This document shows, one piece after another, positions 19,633-28,979 of a stretch of DNA of 64,000 bases. The first letter of the stretch is position 1; every line of letters starts with the position of its first letter. The translations under genes and the position numbers were made by a program. The notes beneath the pieces are model-generated. The model was given only the letters and a program-made list of their open reading frames with translations. It did not search any database and had not been told where the DNA came from. The DNA comes from a virus, in the IMG/VR virus record IMGVR_UViG_3300027741_000024, positions 32,001 to 96,000 of that record; one strand, written 5' to 3'.

Positions 19633-19640
19633 TATAAATA
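19633..19640 (+). promoter_or_regulatory. Late promoter TATAAATA before gp3
   Basis: Exact consensus 5 nt upstream of the ATG. Confidence 0.75.
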
Positions 19641-19645
19641 CACGT

Positions 19646-20185
19646 ATGACAGCACTCAATAGAAATCCATCCAATCCAAACATGCTCCAACCGAATAAGT
19701 TCACACTGAACTTATCAAGAGCACCCAACCTTCAATACTTTTGCCAAACTGTAACATTACCAGGTCTTTCTACATCTGAAATACCTATCAATAATCCATT
19801 TGTTGAATTGTATGCACCAGGTGAAAAAGCAATCTATGATACGTTGAATGTTACTTTTCTAGTTGATCAAGAGATGACTGGCTGGTTAGAGATACACGAT
19901 TGGCTCCGTGCTATGACATTTCCCACATCATTTGAAGAGTATACTAGATTAGGTCAATTAAATAAATTCACCACTACAGCTGATTCTAAAACACCTCAAT
20001 ATGCCGATGGTTCGGTAACTATTCTTTCTGCTGCAAACAAACCTTATTTTAAAATTAACTTTATCAATATGTTTCCTATTGCTCTAGGTGGATTCATGAT
20101 GTCTGCTACTGATACACCAGAGACTATTATTACTTCTGATGCCACATTCAGATTTACCTATTTTAATATTGAAAAATTGATTTAG
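19646..20185 (+). CDS. gp3: Tail completion protein gp3
   Basis: FCQTVTLPG, FLVDQEM..W.EIHDW, ATFRFTYF; follows gp23. Confidence 0.85.
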   Translation: MTALNRNPSNPNMLQPNKFTLNLSRAPNLQYFCQTVTLPGLSTSEIPINNPFVELYAPGEKAIYDTLNVTFLVDQEMTGWLEIHDWLRAMTFPTSFEEYTRLGQLNKFTTTADSKTPQYADGSVTILSAANKPYFKINFINMFPIALGGFMMSATDTPETIITSDATFRFTYFNIEKLI

Positions 20186-20197
20186 ATGTGATATACT
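20169..20197 (+). promoter_or_regulatory. sigma70-type promoter for uvsY
   Basis: TTGAAA-17 nt-TATACT with an extended -10 TG. Confidence 0.65.
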
Positions 20198-20216
20198 CCT
20201 AAAGAGGAGATAAACC

Positions 20217-20651
20217 ATGAGCAAACTTGATGATGTATTGAAGATGTGGACAGACGATTCTAACATAGATCGTACTGAACCAGGTAAAGCACTAATAGAT
20301 ATTCCCAAACTTCACAGTAAGTATCTCAACATTCTATCACAACATAGATTGATGGTGAAAGATGCTGAGTTCAAATATAACCGAATGAAGAAACTCAAAT
20401 GGGAATATTACACAGGTAAATTAGATGATGATGACTTGAAGAAGTATGGTTGGGAACCATTTCCATTCACACTCAAATCCGACATCACTACATACTTGGA
20501 TGCAGATGAGGATATTAATAAGTATCTGGCAAATAAAATGCTGAATGAAGAAGTTGTTGAAGTATGTAATGCTATATTAAAAGAACTTAACTCTAGAACG
20601 TTTCAACTTAGATCGTTCATTGATTGGGAAAAATTTATACAAGGTATATAA
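20217..20651 (+). CDS. uvsY: Recombination mediator UvsY
   Basis: IPKLHSKYL, EYYTGK, YLDADED, RTFQLRSFIDW. Confidence 0.9.
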   Translation: MSKLDDVLKMWTDDSNIDRTEPGKALIDIPKLHSKYLNILSQHRLMVKDAEFKYNRMKKLKWEYYTGKLDDDDLKKYGWEPFPFTLKSDITTYLDADEDINKYLANKMLNEEVVEVCNAILKELNSRTFQLRSFIDWEKFIQGI

Positions 20652-21079
20652 TGAGAATTGATCCAAGTAAAGACTTAATGCAACATCATAGCAAAAAATA
20701 TCCAATGGAGGTAGGTGCTCCAGTCTTTGCACCTGTTGCCGTCAAAGAAGAAAAAGATAAAAGTTTAAATGTAGCAAAACTACATGCCAAACAAGAGTAT
20801 GAACGTATTATGGAACAAGTTGATGTTCTACGCAAACAAGCAGAATCGTTGATGCGTAGATTAGATGTTACTCATATTGTTCATGAGTCTGATTGTAGTT
20901 TTAATCCAGGATTTAATCAAATATATTTTATTTACTTCAGTACAATACGCAATAAAAATGTAGTGATGTGTATGCATCCAGACCAATGGTGTATAGGTGG
21001 TATACCAGAACATCTAAACTTTATTGTTGCCATTCGTAAGAAAGGTGATAGCACTTGGGAAGAAGTTTTAGATGAATGA
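20651..21079 (+). CDS. DUF2452-like hypothetical protein
   Basis: YPMEVGAPVF, F.P.....YY.Y, terminal D.TWE; start at the TAATG overlap 20651. Confidence 0.55.
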   Translation: MRIDPSKDLMQHHSKKYPMEVGAPVFAPVAVKEEKDKSLNVAKLHAKQEYERIMEQVDVLRKQAESLMRRLDVTHIVHESDCSFNPGFNQIYFIYFSTIRNKNVVMCMHPDQWCIGGIPEHLNFIVAIRKKGDSTWEEVLDE

Positions 21080-22553
21080 TTTAGTTCTCTATAAACAGAA
21101 TGAAGCCTTTATTCGTTTTGCATGTGAGAAAAGTCTTGCTCAAGAATTAGCAGACTACTTTACATTCTATGTTCCTGGTTATCAATTTATGCCAGCATAC
21201 AAAAACAGATTGTGGGATGGTAAAATAAGACTTGCAGACCTACGTACAAATACCGTGTATCATGGTCTTGTACCGTATATACAGAAGTTTTGCAAAGAGA
21301 GAGACTATAAACTAGAGATTGATACTACGGTGAGTATTACTGAGAACTTTTCTGTCACTGAGGCTAAGGAATTTATAGATCAACTTCAATTGGACACCAG
21401 CATTATAACAGAAGGTGTAAGAGAACATCAAGTAAAAGCATTCATTACTGCCGTAAGAAATAGAAGAATGCTTTTACTATCACCAACAGGTTCAGGTAAG
21501 TCTTTAATACAATACCTTATATTAAGGTACTTGCAGTCTAAGGAATACAAAAAAGGTTTATTGATTGTTCCTACTACATCATTGGTAGAACAAATGTATT
21601 CCGATTTTAAAACATATGGATACGATTCAGAAAATAATTGTCACCGTCAATACTCAGGTAAAGACAAAGTAACAGATAAGTTTTTAACAATTACCACGTG
21701 GCAATCAATCTATAAGAACCCACCAGAATACTTTGAACAGTTTGATTTTGTTTTAGGTGATGAAGCACATCAGTTTAAAGCGAAGTCATTAACAACTATC
21801 ATGACTGGTTTGACTAAGGCAAAATATAGAATTGGTTGTACAGGTACAGTAGACGGTACACAAACACATAAGTTGGTATTAGAAGGTTTGTTTGGTCCAT
21901 TATATCAATCTACTACCACTGCCGAACTGATTGAGAATAAACAGTTAGCAGATTTTAAAATCAAATGTTTAGTATTAAAATATCCAGAAGAAGTATGTAA
22001 ACTATCACGTGGTTGGGACTATCAAAGTGAGATAAACTACATAGTTGGTAGTAATGCACGAAATGAATTTATCCGAAACTTGGTACTATCATTAGAAGGT
22101 AACTCACTTGTATTATTTAATTTGGTAGAAAAACATGGAAAGATATTACACAAACTTATTAAAGAAAAAGCTGGTGATCGCCATGTTTTCTTTGTGTATG
22201 GTGGAACAGACGTTGAAGTCCGTGAACAAGTTCGTGAGATTACAGAAAAACAAAATGATGCAATCATTGTTGCCTCTTACGGCACTTTTAGTACCGGCAT
22301 TAATATACGGCATTTGCATAATGTCGTATTTGCTTCTCCAAGCAAATCAAGAGTAAGAAATTTACAGTCAATAGGTCGTGGTCTTAGAATAGGTGAGAAT
22401 AAAACTGAAGCAGTTCTGTATGATATAGCAGACGATTTTCGTATAGGCAAACATGTTAATTTTACCTTGCTTCATCTACAGGAACGTGTTAAGATATACG
22501 ATGAAGAAAAGTTCAAATATAAGTTTTACACTATAGAGGTCAAGAATGCATAA
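21072..22553 (+). CDS. uvsW: DNA helicase UvsW
   Basis: WDGKIRL, SPTGSGKS, DEAH, LQSIGRGLR. Confidence 0.96.
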   Translation: MNDLVLYKQNEAFIRFACEKSLAQELADYFTFYVPGYQFMPAYKNRLWDGKIRLADLRTNTVYHGLVPYIQKFCKERDYKLEIDTTVSITENFSVTEAKEFIDQLQLDTSIITEGVREHQVKAFITAVRNRRMLLLSPTGSGKSLIQYLILRYLQSKEYKKGLLIVPTTSLVEQMYSDFKTYGYDSENNCHRQYSGKDKVTDKFLTITTWQSIYKNPPEYFEQFDFVLGDEAHQFKAKSLTTIMTGLTKAKYRIGCTGTVDGTQTHKLVLEGLFGPLYQSTTTAELIENKQLADFKIKCLVLKYPEEVCKLSRGWDYQSEINYIVGSNARNEFIRNLVLSLEGNSLVLFNLVEKHGKILHKLIKEKAGDRHVFFVYGGTDVEVREQVREITEKQNDAIIVASYGTFSTGINIRHLHNVVFASPSKSRVRNLQSIGRGLRIGENKTEAVLYDIADDFRIGKHVNFTLLHLQERVKIYDEEKFKYKFYTIEVKNA

Positions 22554-22965
22554 CGTAAAAATTATAAGAATGCAAACTGGCGAAGATATTATGGCATCTA
22601 TGATAGGTGAAGAACAAGAAGAAACAGTTCTTCTGGAAGACCCAATGAGATTGATCTATCGCCGTATGCCTACAGGGCAAACTGTAATGATGATGATGCC
22701 GTGGTTACCAGTAGAATTAATTAAAGATAATAATGCTTTAATATATAATTCGGACATCATTACTATTATTGATCCAAAAGAATCTATGATAGAATATTAT
22801 GAAAATCTTGTAATCAAAACCATGCTTGAGATGGAAAAGTCTGAAGATATGATTGCAGGACTTTTGAAAGATCAATCAGGTGAAGGTGAAGGTGATGTTG
22901 AAGAATATAGTATGGAAGATTTAATTCAATTTGTAGAAGAAGTGAAGAACAGGACACTACACTAA
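22546..22965 (+). CDS. Conserved T4-like hypothetical protein (Sm-like fold)
   Basis: VKIIRMQTGEDIMA..PW; usual position after uvsW. Confidence 0.55.
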   Translation: MHNVKIIRMQTGEDIMASMIGEEQEETVLLEDPMRLIYRRMPTGQTVMMMMPWLPVELIKDNNALIYNSDIITIIDPKESMIEYYENLVIKTMLEMEKSEDMIAGLLKDQSGEGEGDVEEYSMEDLIQFVEEVKNRTLH

Positions 22966-22983
22966 TTTGAGGACTATTTTGTC

Positions 22984-23775
22984 ATGAATTTATTTTTGTA
23001 TCAAGCATATTATGATGTTGAACAGATGAAACATTTGGATCCAATTTGTGTTCCATATGATAATCTTGCAAATCTTAATCCAACACTTCGTGAGTATCCT
23101 TTTATAAAAAATTTGTACGAGAAACATTCCAAAAATCAAGACGATTATTGGGGTTTGTTGTCGTGGAGATGGTACGATAAAACTAAACTTGAAATGAAAG
23201 AGTTTAGAGATTGGATATTAGACAATCCTGGTTATGATGTATATCACCTTGACCCATTTTTAGATGTGTCTGCCACTCACTTAAATTTATGGACTCAAGG
23301 TGACATATGGGTTCCTGGTATGATTGATTTCTGTGATAGATTATTTCCAAGACTAGGCATAGATGCTAATGTAAGAAATTTTGTTTATCACCCACAAGAT
23401 TTTGCTACATGCAATTATCATGTAGGTAATAATAAATTTTGGAAGAGTTTTATTGCGTTTGTCGATGAATGTTTAAACATCATTGAAACGGATACCGAAA
23501 TGAAGTATTATATGTATGATAAAAAAATACCTTATAACGGCGCAATGTTACCTGGTTTTATCTTTGTTATAGAAAGATTGTTTTCTATACACACAATGTT
23601 TAATCGAAACATAAAAATTAAGAAGTACCCAATTGAATCTCCTAACTATGAGCGATTATTTGGTAGTTCCCATAAATTTTATGTTGACTTATATAATCAA
23701 AAAATGATAGAATATGAAAAGCATTTAAAAATTGAAATTGGAGATAGTGATGTTAAGAGATTTAAATTGGGATGA
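22984..23775 (+). CDS. Hypothetical glycosyltransferase-like protein
   Basis: WGLLSWR, CNY.VG...FW, F.IERLFS patterns; adjacent to sugar enzymes. Confidence 0.4.
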   Translation: MNLFLYQAYYDVEQMKHLDPICVPYDNLANLNPTLREYPFIKNLYEKHSKNQDDYWGLLSWRWYDKTKLEMKEFRDWILDNPGYDVYHLDPFLDVSATHLNLWTQGDIWVPGMIDFCDRLFPRLGIDANVRNFVYHPQDFATCNYHVGNNKFWKSFIAFVDECLNIIETDTEMKYYMYDKKIPYNGAMLPGFIFVIERLFSIHTMFNRNIKIKKYPIESPNYERLFGSSHKFYVDLYNQKMIEYEKHLKIEIGDSDVKRFKLG

Positions 23776-24541
23776 GATTGTAGATAGATTTACATCGTCC
23801 GAGCCATTCAATCATGTTGTAATCGACAACTTCTTTATTCCAGAAGTAGCCGATAAAATTTCTGAAGAGTTTCCAGATTTTAATGATGGTGAATTGAATG
23901 ATCATAATAGTCCATTAGAAATTAAAAAAACTATGAATCGTTGGGATAAATTTCCAGCGACAACCTATCGAGCATTTTCTCTTTTTGGTAGAGAAAGTTT
24001 CTTACAGAACATGAGATATTTGGTGAACAGAGAAGATTTAGTTTTTGATTCTGGCCTTAATGGTGGCGGATGGCACATGCATGGGCGTGGTGGTAACAAT
24101 AACATCCACCTTGACTATAATGTGCATCCTAAATTAAATCTACAAAGAAAACTTAATATAATTGTTTACATGACTCAAGATTGGCAGCCATCATGGAATG
24201 GTGGTCTTGAATTCTGGTCACATGATGATAAGACAAAACAACCCAAAGAACTTGTAAAAGTTATTGAAAATAAATTTAATCGTGCTATAATATTTGATAC
24301 TACTCAGAATTCTTGGCATGGCCTTCCGAATACTATACTTTGCCCAGAAGGTATCTATCGCAAATCTATCGCTGCTTATTTTCTTTGTGCTGCTCCTGCA
24401 ATAACAGAAGATCGTGGTCGTGCGTTATTTGCTCCAAGAGAAGAACAAAAAAATGATAAGTTGATTACGGAACTTATTCAAAAACGAGCATCGGTAACAC
24501 AGTCTGCTTCCGTATATAATACAAAATATTCTCAAAAATAA
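23750..24541 (+). CDS. 2OG-Fe(II) oxygenase
   Basis: PFNHVVIDNFF, H-L-D...GG.LE.W...SWHG...RKS. Confidence 0.88.
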   Translation: MLRDLNWDEIVDRFTSSEPFNHVVIDNFFIPEVADKISEEFPDFNDGELNDHNSPLEIKKTMNRWDKFPATTYRAFSLFGRESFLQNMRYLVNREDLVFDSGLNGGGWHMHGRGGNNNIHLDYNVHPKLNLQRKLNIIVYMTQDWQPSWNGGLEFWSHDDKTKQPKELVKVIENKFNRAIIFDTTQNSWHGLPNTILCPEGIYRKSIAAYFLCAAPAITEDRGRALFAPREEQKNDKLITELIQKRASVTQSASVYNTKYSQK

Positions 24542-24555
24542 TTGAAAGGTATATA

Positions 24556-25605
24556 ATGTCTAAACGTGTTCTTATTACAGGTGGTGCTGGTTTTATCGGA
24601 CATCACATTATTGATTTGTTTTTGAAAAAAACAGACTGGACAATTGTGTCGTTGGATAGGTTAGATTATTCTGGTAATCTAAATCGTTTAAATGATGTTG
24701 TGGGTAAATACCCACCAGAAGTTCGTAAAAGAGTTAAAATTGTATGGCACGATTTGAAATCTGAAATACAAGACTTAACACAAAATCTTATTGGTGATGT
24801 AGATATTATTTTACATCTTGCCGCATCTTCACATGTTGATCGTTCTATTACATATCCTATGGAATTCTTAATGGATAACACTGTGGGTACAGTGAACGTT
24901 CTTAACTTTGCCCGTAAATTAAAAAATCTTGAACGTCTAATTTATTTCTCAACAGATGAGATTTTTGGTATTGCTCCAAATGATGTGGCGTATTCAGAAC
25001 GTGATCGTTATAATTCAACAAACCCATACTCTGCATCTAAAGCAGCGGCTGAAGAATTCTGTGTAGCATATGAAAATACTTATAAACTTCCTATTTTCAT
25101 TACACATACAATGAACGTATTTGGTGAGCGTCAACACCCAGAAAAGTTTATTCCAATGAGCATTCGTAAAGTTCGTGATGGTCAAACTATTTACATTCAT
25201 TCAGACCCATCAAAGACTGTTCCTGGTTCACGGTTTTACATTCATGCTAAAGACGTTGCAGAAGCAATGTATTTCTTATTACATCTAAATGAAGATCAGA
25301 AAAAAATAATTTATACACCAGACTATGGTGGTGCTAAGTGTCCCAAGTTCAATGTTGTTGGTAAAGAAGAAACTGATAATCTTAGACTTGTTACAGCAAT
25401 TGCGACGGCGCAGAATAAAGAATTGAAATATGAAATGGTAGACTTCCATACATCACGTCCTGGACACGACCTTCGTTATGCTTTATCTGGAGACTTCATG
25501 CGTCAGTTGGGATGGGAACCGAAATATTCATTCGATGACCGTATTAAAGAAGTTGTTGAGTGGTCAATCGCTAATCCAGAATGGATTGAACTGAGTGGAG
25601 AATAA
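24556..25605 (+). CDS. rmlB: dTDP-glucose 4,6-dehydratase-like (extended SDR)
   Basis: TGGAGFIG, HLAASSHVDRSI, STDE, YSASK, RPGHDLRY. Confidence 0.88.
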   Translation: MSKRVLITGGAGFIGHHIIDLFLKKTDWTIVSLDRLDYSGNLNRLNDVVGKYPPEVRKRVKIVWHDLKSEIQDLTQNLIGDVDIILHLAASSHVDRSITYPMEFLMDNTVGTVNVLNFARKLKNLERLIYFSTDEIFGIAPNDVAYSERDRYNSTNPYSASKAAAEEFCVAYENTYKLPIFITHTMNVFGERQHPEKFIPMSIRKVRDGQTIYIHSDPSKTVPGSRFYIHAKDVAEAMYFLLHLNEDQKKIIYTPDYGGAKCPKFNVVGKEETDNLRLVTAIATAQNKELKYEMVDFHTSRPGHDLRYALSGDFMRQLGWEPKYSFDDRIKEVVEWSIANPEWIELSGE

Positions 25606-25606
25606 T

Positions 25607-26815
25607 ATGAATGACCAAATGAAACCTGTCAATCAGTGTATAGCCTGTGGTTCGAGTAATTTAAAATTCACTCTTAACTTGGGTGAACAACCATTAGCAA
25701 ATTCTTTTAAGCCGACTAATGAAGTGCAGGATGAATATCCTTTGGCAATTAATCGATGTGAGGATTGCGACCATTTACAATTAACTCATATAGTTAATCC
25801 AGAACTCATCTATAAGAATTATGCTTACGTGAGTGGTACAACTAAAACTTATGTAGAATATATGTCATGGTTTGCTGATTGGACCAGAGAATATACAAAT
25901 TGTTGGCAAGGAGATGTTCTTGATATTGGCTGTAATGATGGAACACAGTTGGATGCATTTGCAAACTTGGGGTTGAATACATTTGGTGTTGATCCTGCCG
26001 AGAATCTATTTGAAACAAGTTCTAAAAAAGGCCATAATGTTGTTTGTGGATTTTGGGATGAGAAAAGTGTTACAGAATTGAAAGACACTAAATTTGATAT
26101 TGTAGTCTCACAAAACGCATTTGCACATATTCCCGATCCACATAAATATTTACAACTCCTTCATCCTCTAATGAAAGAAGGAGGATTATTCTTTATTCAA
26201 ACCAGTCAAGCGGATATGGTATTGAACGGTGAGTTTGATACCATATATCATGAACACATTAGTTTTTATAATATTCAATCAATGAAAAGATTGGCTGAAC
26301 GTTCTGGTTGGAACTTAGTGGATGTTATCAAAACACCTATTCATGGTACCAGTTATGTATTCGTGTTGAGTCCATATCGCAAACGTCCAGAAAACATTGT
26401 TAATCTAGTTGCAATGGAATCAAAACTACAGAGTTCGGCAACATATGATAAGTGGGCTGATGGTGTAACAAAAATTAAAGATGAATTTATAACTGTATGT
26501 GATGAATTTAAATCAAAAGGTTATAAACTAGTTGGCTATGGTGCTGCCGCTAAAGGTATGACTTTATTGAACTATGTGAAAGTAGAATTGGATTTTATTA
26601 TTGACGATAATCCACTGAAACAAAATCAATATACGCCTGGTTTAAATATTCCAATTACTCCTATTTCTAAACTTGATGAAATACAAGAACCAATTTGTTT
26701 TGTTCCATTGGCTTGGAATTTCTTCAATGAGATTGTAAAAAGAATTAAAGACCGTAGAGTTGATAGTCGAGATAGGTACATTACATATTTTCCAAAAGTT
26801 GAGGCTAAAGAATAA
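25607..26815 (+). CDS. NDP-hexose C-methyltransferase (Zn-binding, SAM and C-terminal domains)
   Basis: CxxC..CxxC, DIGCNDG, FDTIYHEH, IHGTS, GYGAAAKG, DDNPLKQ. Confidence 0.88.
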   Translation: MNDQMKPVNQCIACGSSNLKFTLNLGEQPLANSFKPTNEVQDEYPLAINRCEDCDHLQLTHIVNPELIYKNYAYVSGTTKTYVEYMSWFADWTREYTNCWQGDVLDIGCNDGTQLDAFANLGLNTFGVDPAENLFETSSKKGHNVVCGFWDEKSVTELKDTKFDIVVSQNAFAHIPDPHKYLQLLHPLMKEGGLFFIQTSQADMVLNGEFDTIYHEHISFYNIQSMKRLAERSGWNLVDVIKTPIHGTSYVFVLSPYRKRPENIVNLVAMESKLQSSATYDKWADGVTKIKDEFITVCDEFKSKGYKLVGYGAAAKGMTLLNYVKVELDFIIDDNPLKQNQYTPGLNIPITPISKLDEIQEPICFVPLAWNFFNEIVKRIKDRRVDSRDRYITYFPKVEAKE

Positions 26816-26816
26816 A

Positions 26817-27356
26817 ATGGCAACCAATAACCACTACGTTAATAATGCCGATTTTCTTGCTGCGTTAATTAAATATAAAAGTGATTGTGTAGAAGCAGAG
26901 AAGAATGATAAACCTGAACCAAAAGTACCAAATTATATTGGTGAATGTTTTCTAAAAATTGCTGAACATCTATCCCGCAAACCAAACTTTATCTCATATA
27001 CTTATCGTGATGAGATGATTTCTGATGGTGTAGAGAATTGCATCATGTATTTTCGTAATTTTGATCCAGACAAATCAAAGAACCCATTTGCATACTTTAC
27101 TCAGATAATTTACTACGCTTTCCTTCGTAGAATTATGAAAGAAAAGAAACAATTATATGTAAAGTATAAAGCTACTCAACAGTTTGGGTTACTTGATGAA
27201 GGTGAGATGTTTGAAGATGAAAATGGTAACATGAAACAGTTTGAACTGTATGACAATATTTCCGAATTCATCTTTAATTTTGAAGAGAATAAGAAAAAGA
27301 AAAAGGCAAAGAAGTCGGAAGGGCTTGAATCTTTCTTACAAGATGATGTAGAATAG
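26817..27356 (+). CDS. gp55: Late-transcription sigma factor gp55
   Basis: HYVNNADFL, YTYRDEMISDG, NPFAYFTQIIYYAFLRRI; ATG at 26817. Confidence 0.95.
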   Translation: MATNNHYVNNADFLAALIKYKSDCVEAEKNDKPEPKVPNYIGECFLKIAEHLSRKPNFISYTYRDEMISDGVENCIMYFRNFDPDKSKNPFAYFTQIIYYAFLRRIMKEKKQLYVKYKATQQFGLLDEGEMFEDENGNMKQFELYDNISEFIFNFEENKKKKKAKKSEGLESFLQDDVE

Positions 27357-27379
27357 TAATTTTTGAGATTAATATTATT

Positions 27380-27907
27380 ATGAAATTAGAATTTTGTGCA
27401 GTTTGTGGAATTACTACAGACCTTCAACAGCATCATATTGAACCTGTAATACTTACAGGTATTAGTAGGAAAAAAATAAAGAGGTATGATGGTAATAAGC
27501 CATTAAAAGAATGTGACTCGATGGAAGTTTTTGCTTTTCTATTCGATCAAGGAATAATTTCTGATGATGGTGAATTAACCGTCTGCTCTTTTCACCATAA
27601 TATACTTCATGGTATTGTCAAGTTTCAAAAAGCAAAATTAGGAACTTTAATTAAAGAAGGCCAATTACGAGCAAAGGAGAATGGTGTTACGATAGGACGA
27701 CCTACTAAACTTAATTTTGATATTTATGAGAGAATTGAAACTATGAGAGATGACGGTATGGGTATCAAAGCCATTGCAAGAAAATTACGAATTGGTGTTG
27801 GAACTGTTTATTCTGCAATTGATAAAATAGAAAAAGGTATTATTCAAGATTTACAAAGAAAAAAATTAATAGAAGAAAACCCAGCAACATTTGTTGATTT
27901 AATTTAA
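27380..27907 (+). CDS. Putative HNH endonuclease fused to a resolvase-type HTH
   Basis: CAVCG..LQQHHIEP...LTVCSFHHNILH; IKEG..RAK..G...GRP...IARKLRIGVGTVY. Confidence 0.6.
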   Translation: MKLEFCAVCGITTDLQQHHIEPVILTGISRKKIKRYDGNKPLKECDSMEVFAFLFDQGIISDDGELTVCSFHHNILHGIVKFQKAKLGTLIKEGQLRAKENGVTIGRPTKLNFDIYERIETMRDDGMGIKAIARKLRIGVGTVYSAIDKIEKGIIQDLQRKKLIEENPATFVDLI

Positions 27908-27908
27908 T

Positions 27909-28979
27909 ATGAAAATATGCATACTTGGCGATACTCATTTCGGAATGAGAGGTGACTCTTTAGATTTCCATAAATACGTGGAGAAGTTCTATACGAACGT
28001 ATTTTTCCCTTATCTAAAGGATCACAATGTTACTACCGTTGTACAACTTGGTGATCTTTTCGACCGTAGGAAGTTTATTAACTTCAACTCACTGTATCTG
28101 TGCCGTAAATATTTCTTCGAGAAATTACAAGAATATGGTATACAGTTCATTACACTGTTGGGAAACCATGATGTCGCATTCAAAAACACCTTACAGGTTA
28201 ACTCATCACAATTACTTCTAAACGAGTATGATAACGTTACTGTATGTGATTCTTTTACTACATTTAACTTTGACGGGATTGATGTTGATATCATACCTTG
28301 GATATGTGATGATAATGAAGTTGAAATCCTTGACAAGATAAAACAAAGTAAATCAGAAATCTGTTTTGGTCATTTTGAAATTGATGGATTTAAAATGGAT
28401 GCAGTAAATGTGCATGAAGGTGGACTTAAAAAAGATAAACTATCAAAATACGATATCGTTTTAAGTGGACATTTTCATCACAAGTCAAATGATGGTCACA
28501 TCTTCTACGTTGGTACACCAAATGAAATGACTTGGATTGATTATAATGATCCAAGAGGATTTCATATCTTTGATACTGACACACGTGAAATGGAATTTAT
28601 CAAGAATCCATATCGCATGTTCTTCAAAATAAATTATGATGATTCATTAGAAAACATGGCACAACAATACCGAACATTTGACTACTCTGTGTATGAAGGT
28701 GCATATGTCAAAGTTGTGGTAGTAAACAAAAATAATCCATTTATATTTGATATGGTAATTGATAATCTATACAAAGTAGGTGCTGCTGACATTTCCATCG
28801 TTGAAGATTTTACTGATTTGACTATTGATTCTGACCAAGACTTGATTAACCAAGCGGAAGATACGATGACAATTCTTTCCAAATACATTGATAACTTGAC
28901 ATTGAATGTAGAAAGTGATAAACTTAAAGGTCTTATGCGTGAACTTTATGTTGAAGCACTTAATACCGAAACTGAATGA
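27909..28979 (+). CDS. gp47: Recombination endonuclease subunit gp47 (Mre11-like)
   Basis: GDTHFG, GDLFDRRK, GNHD, SGHFH. Confidence 0.95.
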   Translation: MKICILGDTHFGMRGDSLDFHKYVEKFYTNVFFPYLKDHNVTTVVQLGDLFDRRKFINFNSLYLCRKYFFEKLQEYGIQFITLLGNHDVAFKNTLQVNSSQLLLNEYDNVTVCDSFTTFNFDGIDVDIIPWICDDNEVEILDKIKQSKSEICFGHFEIDGFKMDAVNVHEGGLKKDKLSKYDIVLSGHFHHKSNDGHIFYVGTPNEMTWIDYNDPRGFHIFDTDTREMEFIKNPYRMFFKINYDDSLENMAQQYRTFDYSVYEGAYVKVVVVNKNNPFIFDMVIDNLYKVGAADISIVEDFTDLTIDSDQDLINQAEDTMTILSKYIDNLTLNVESDKLKGLMRELYVEALNTETE

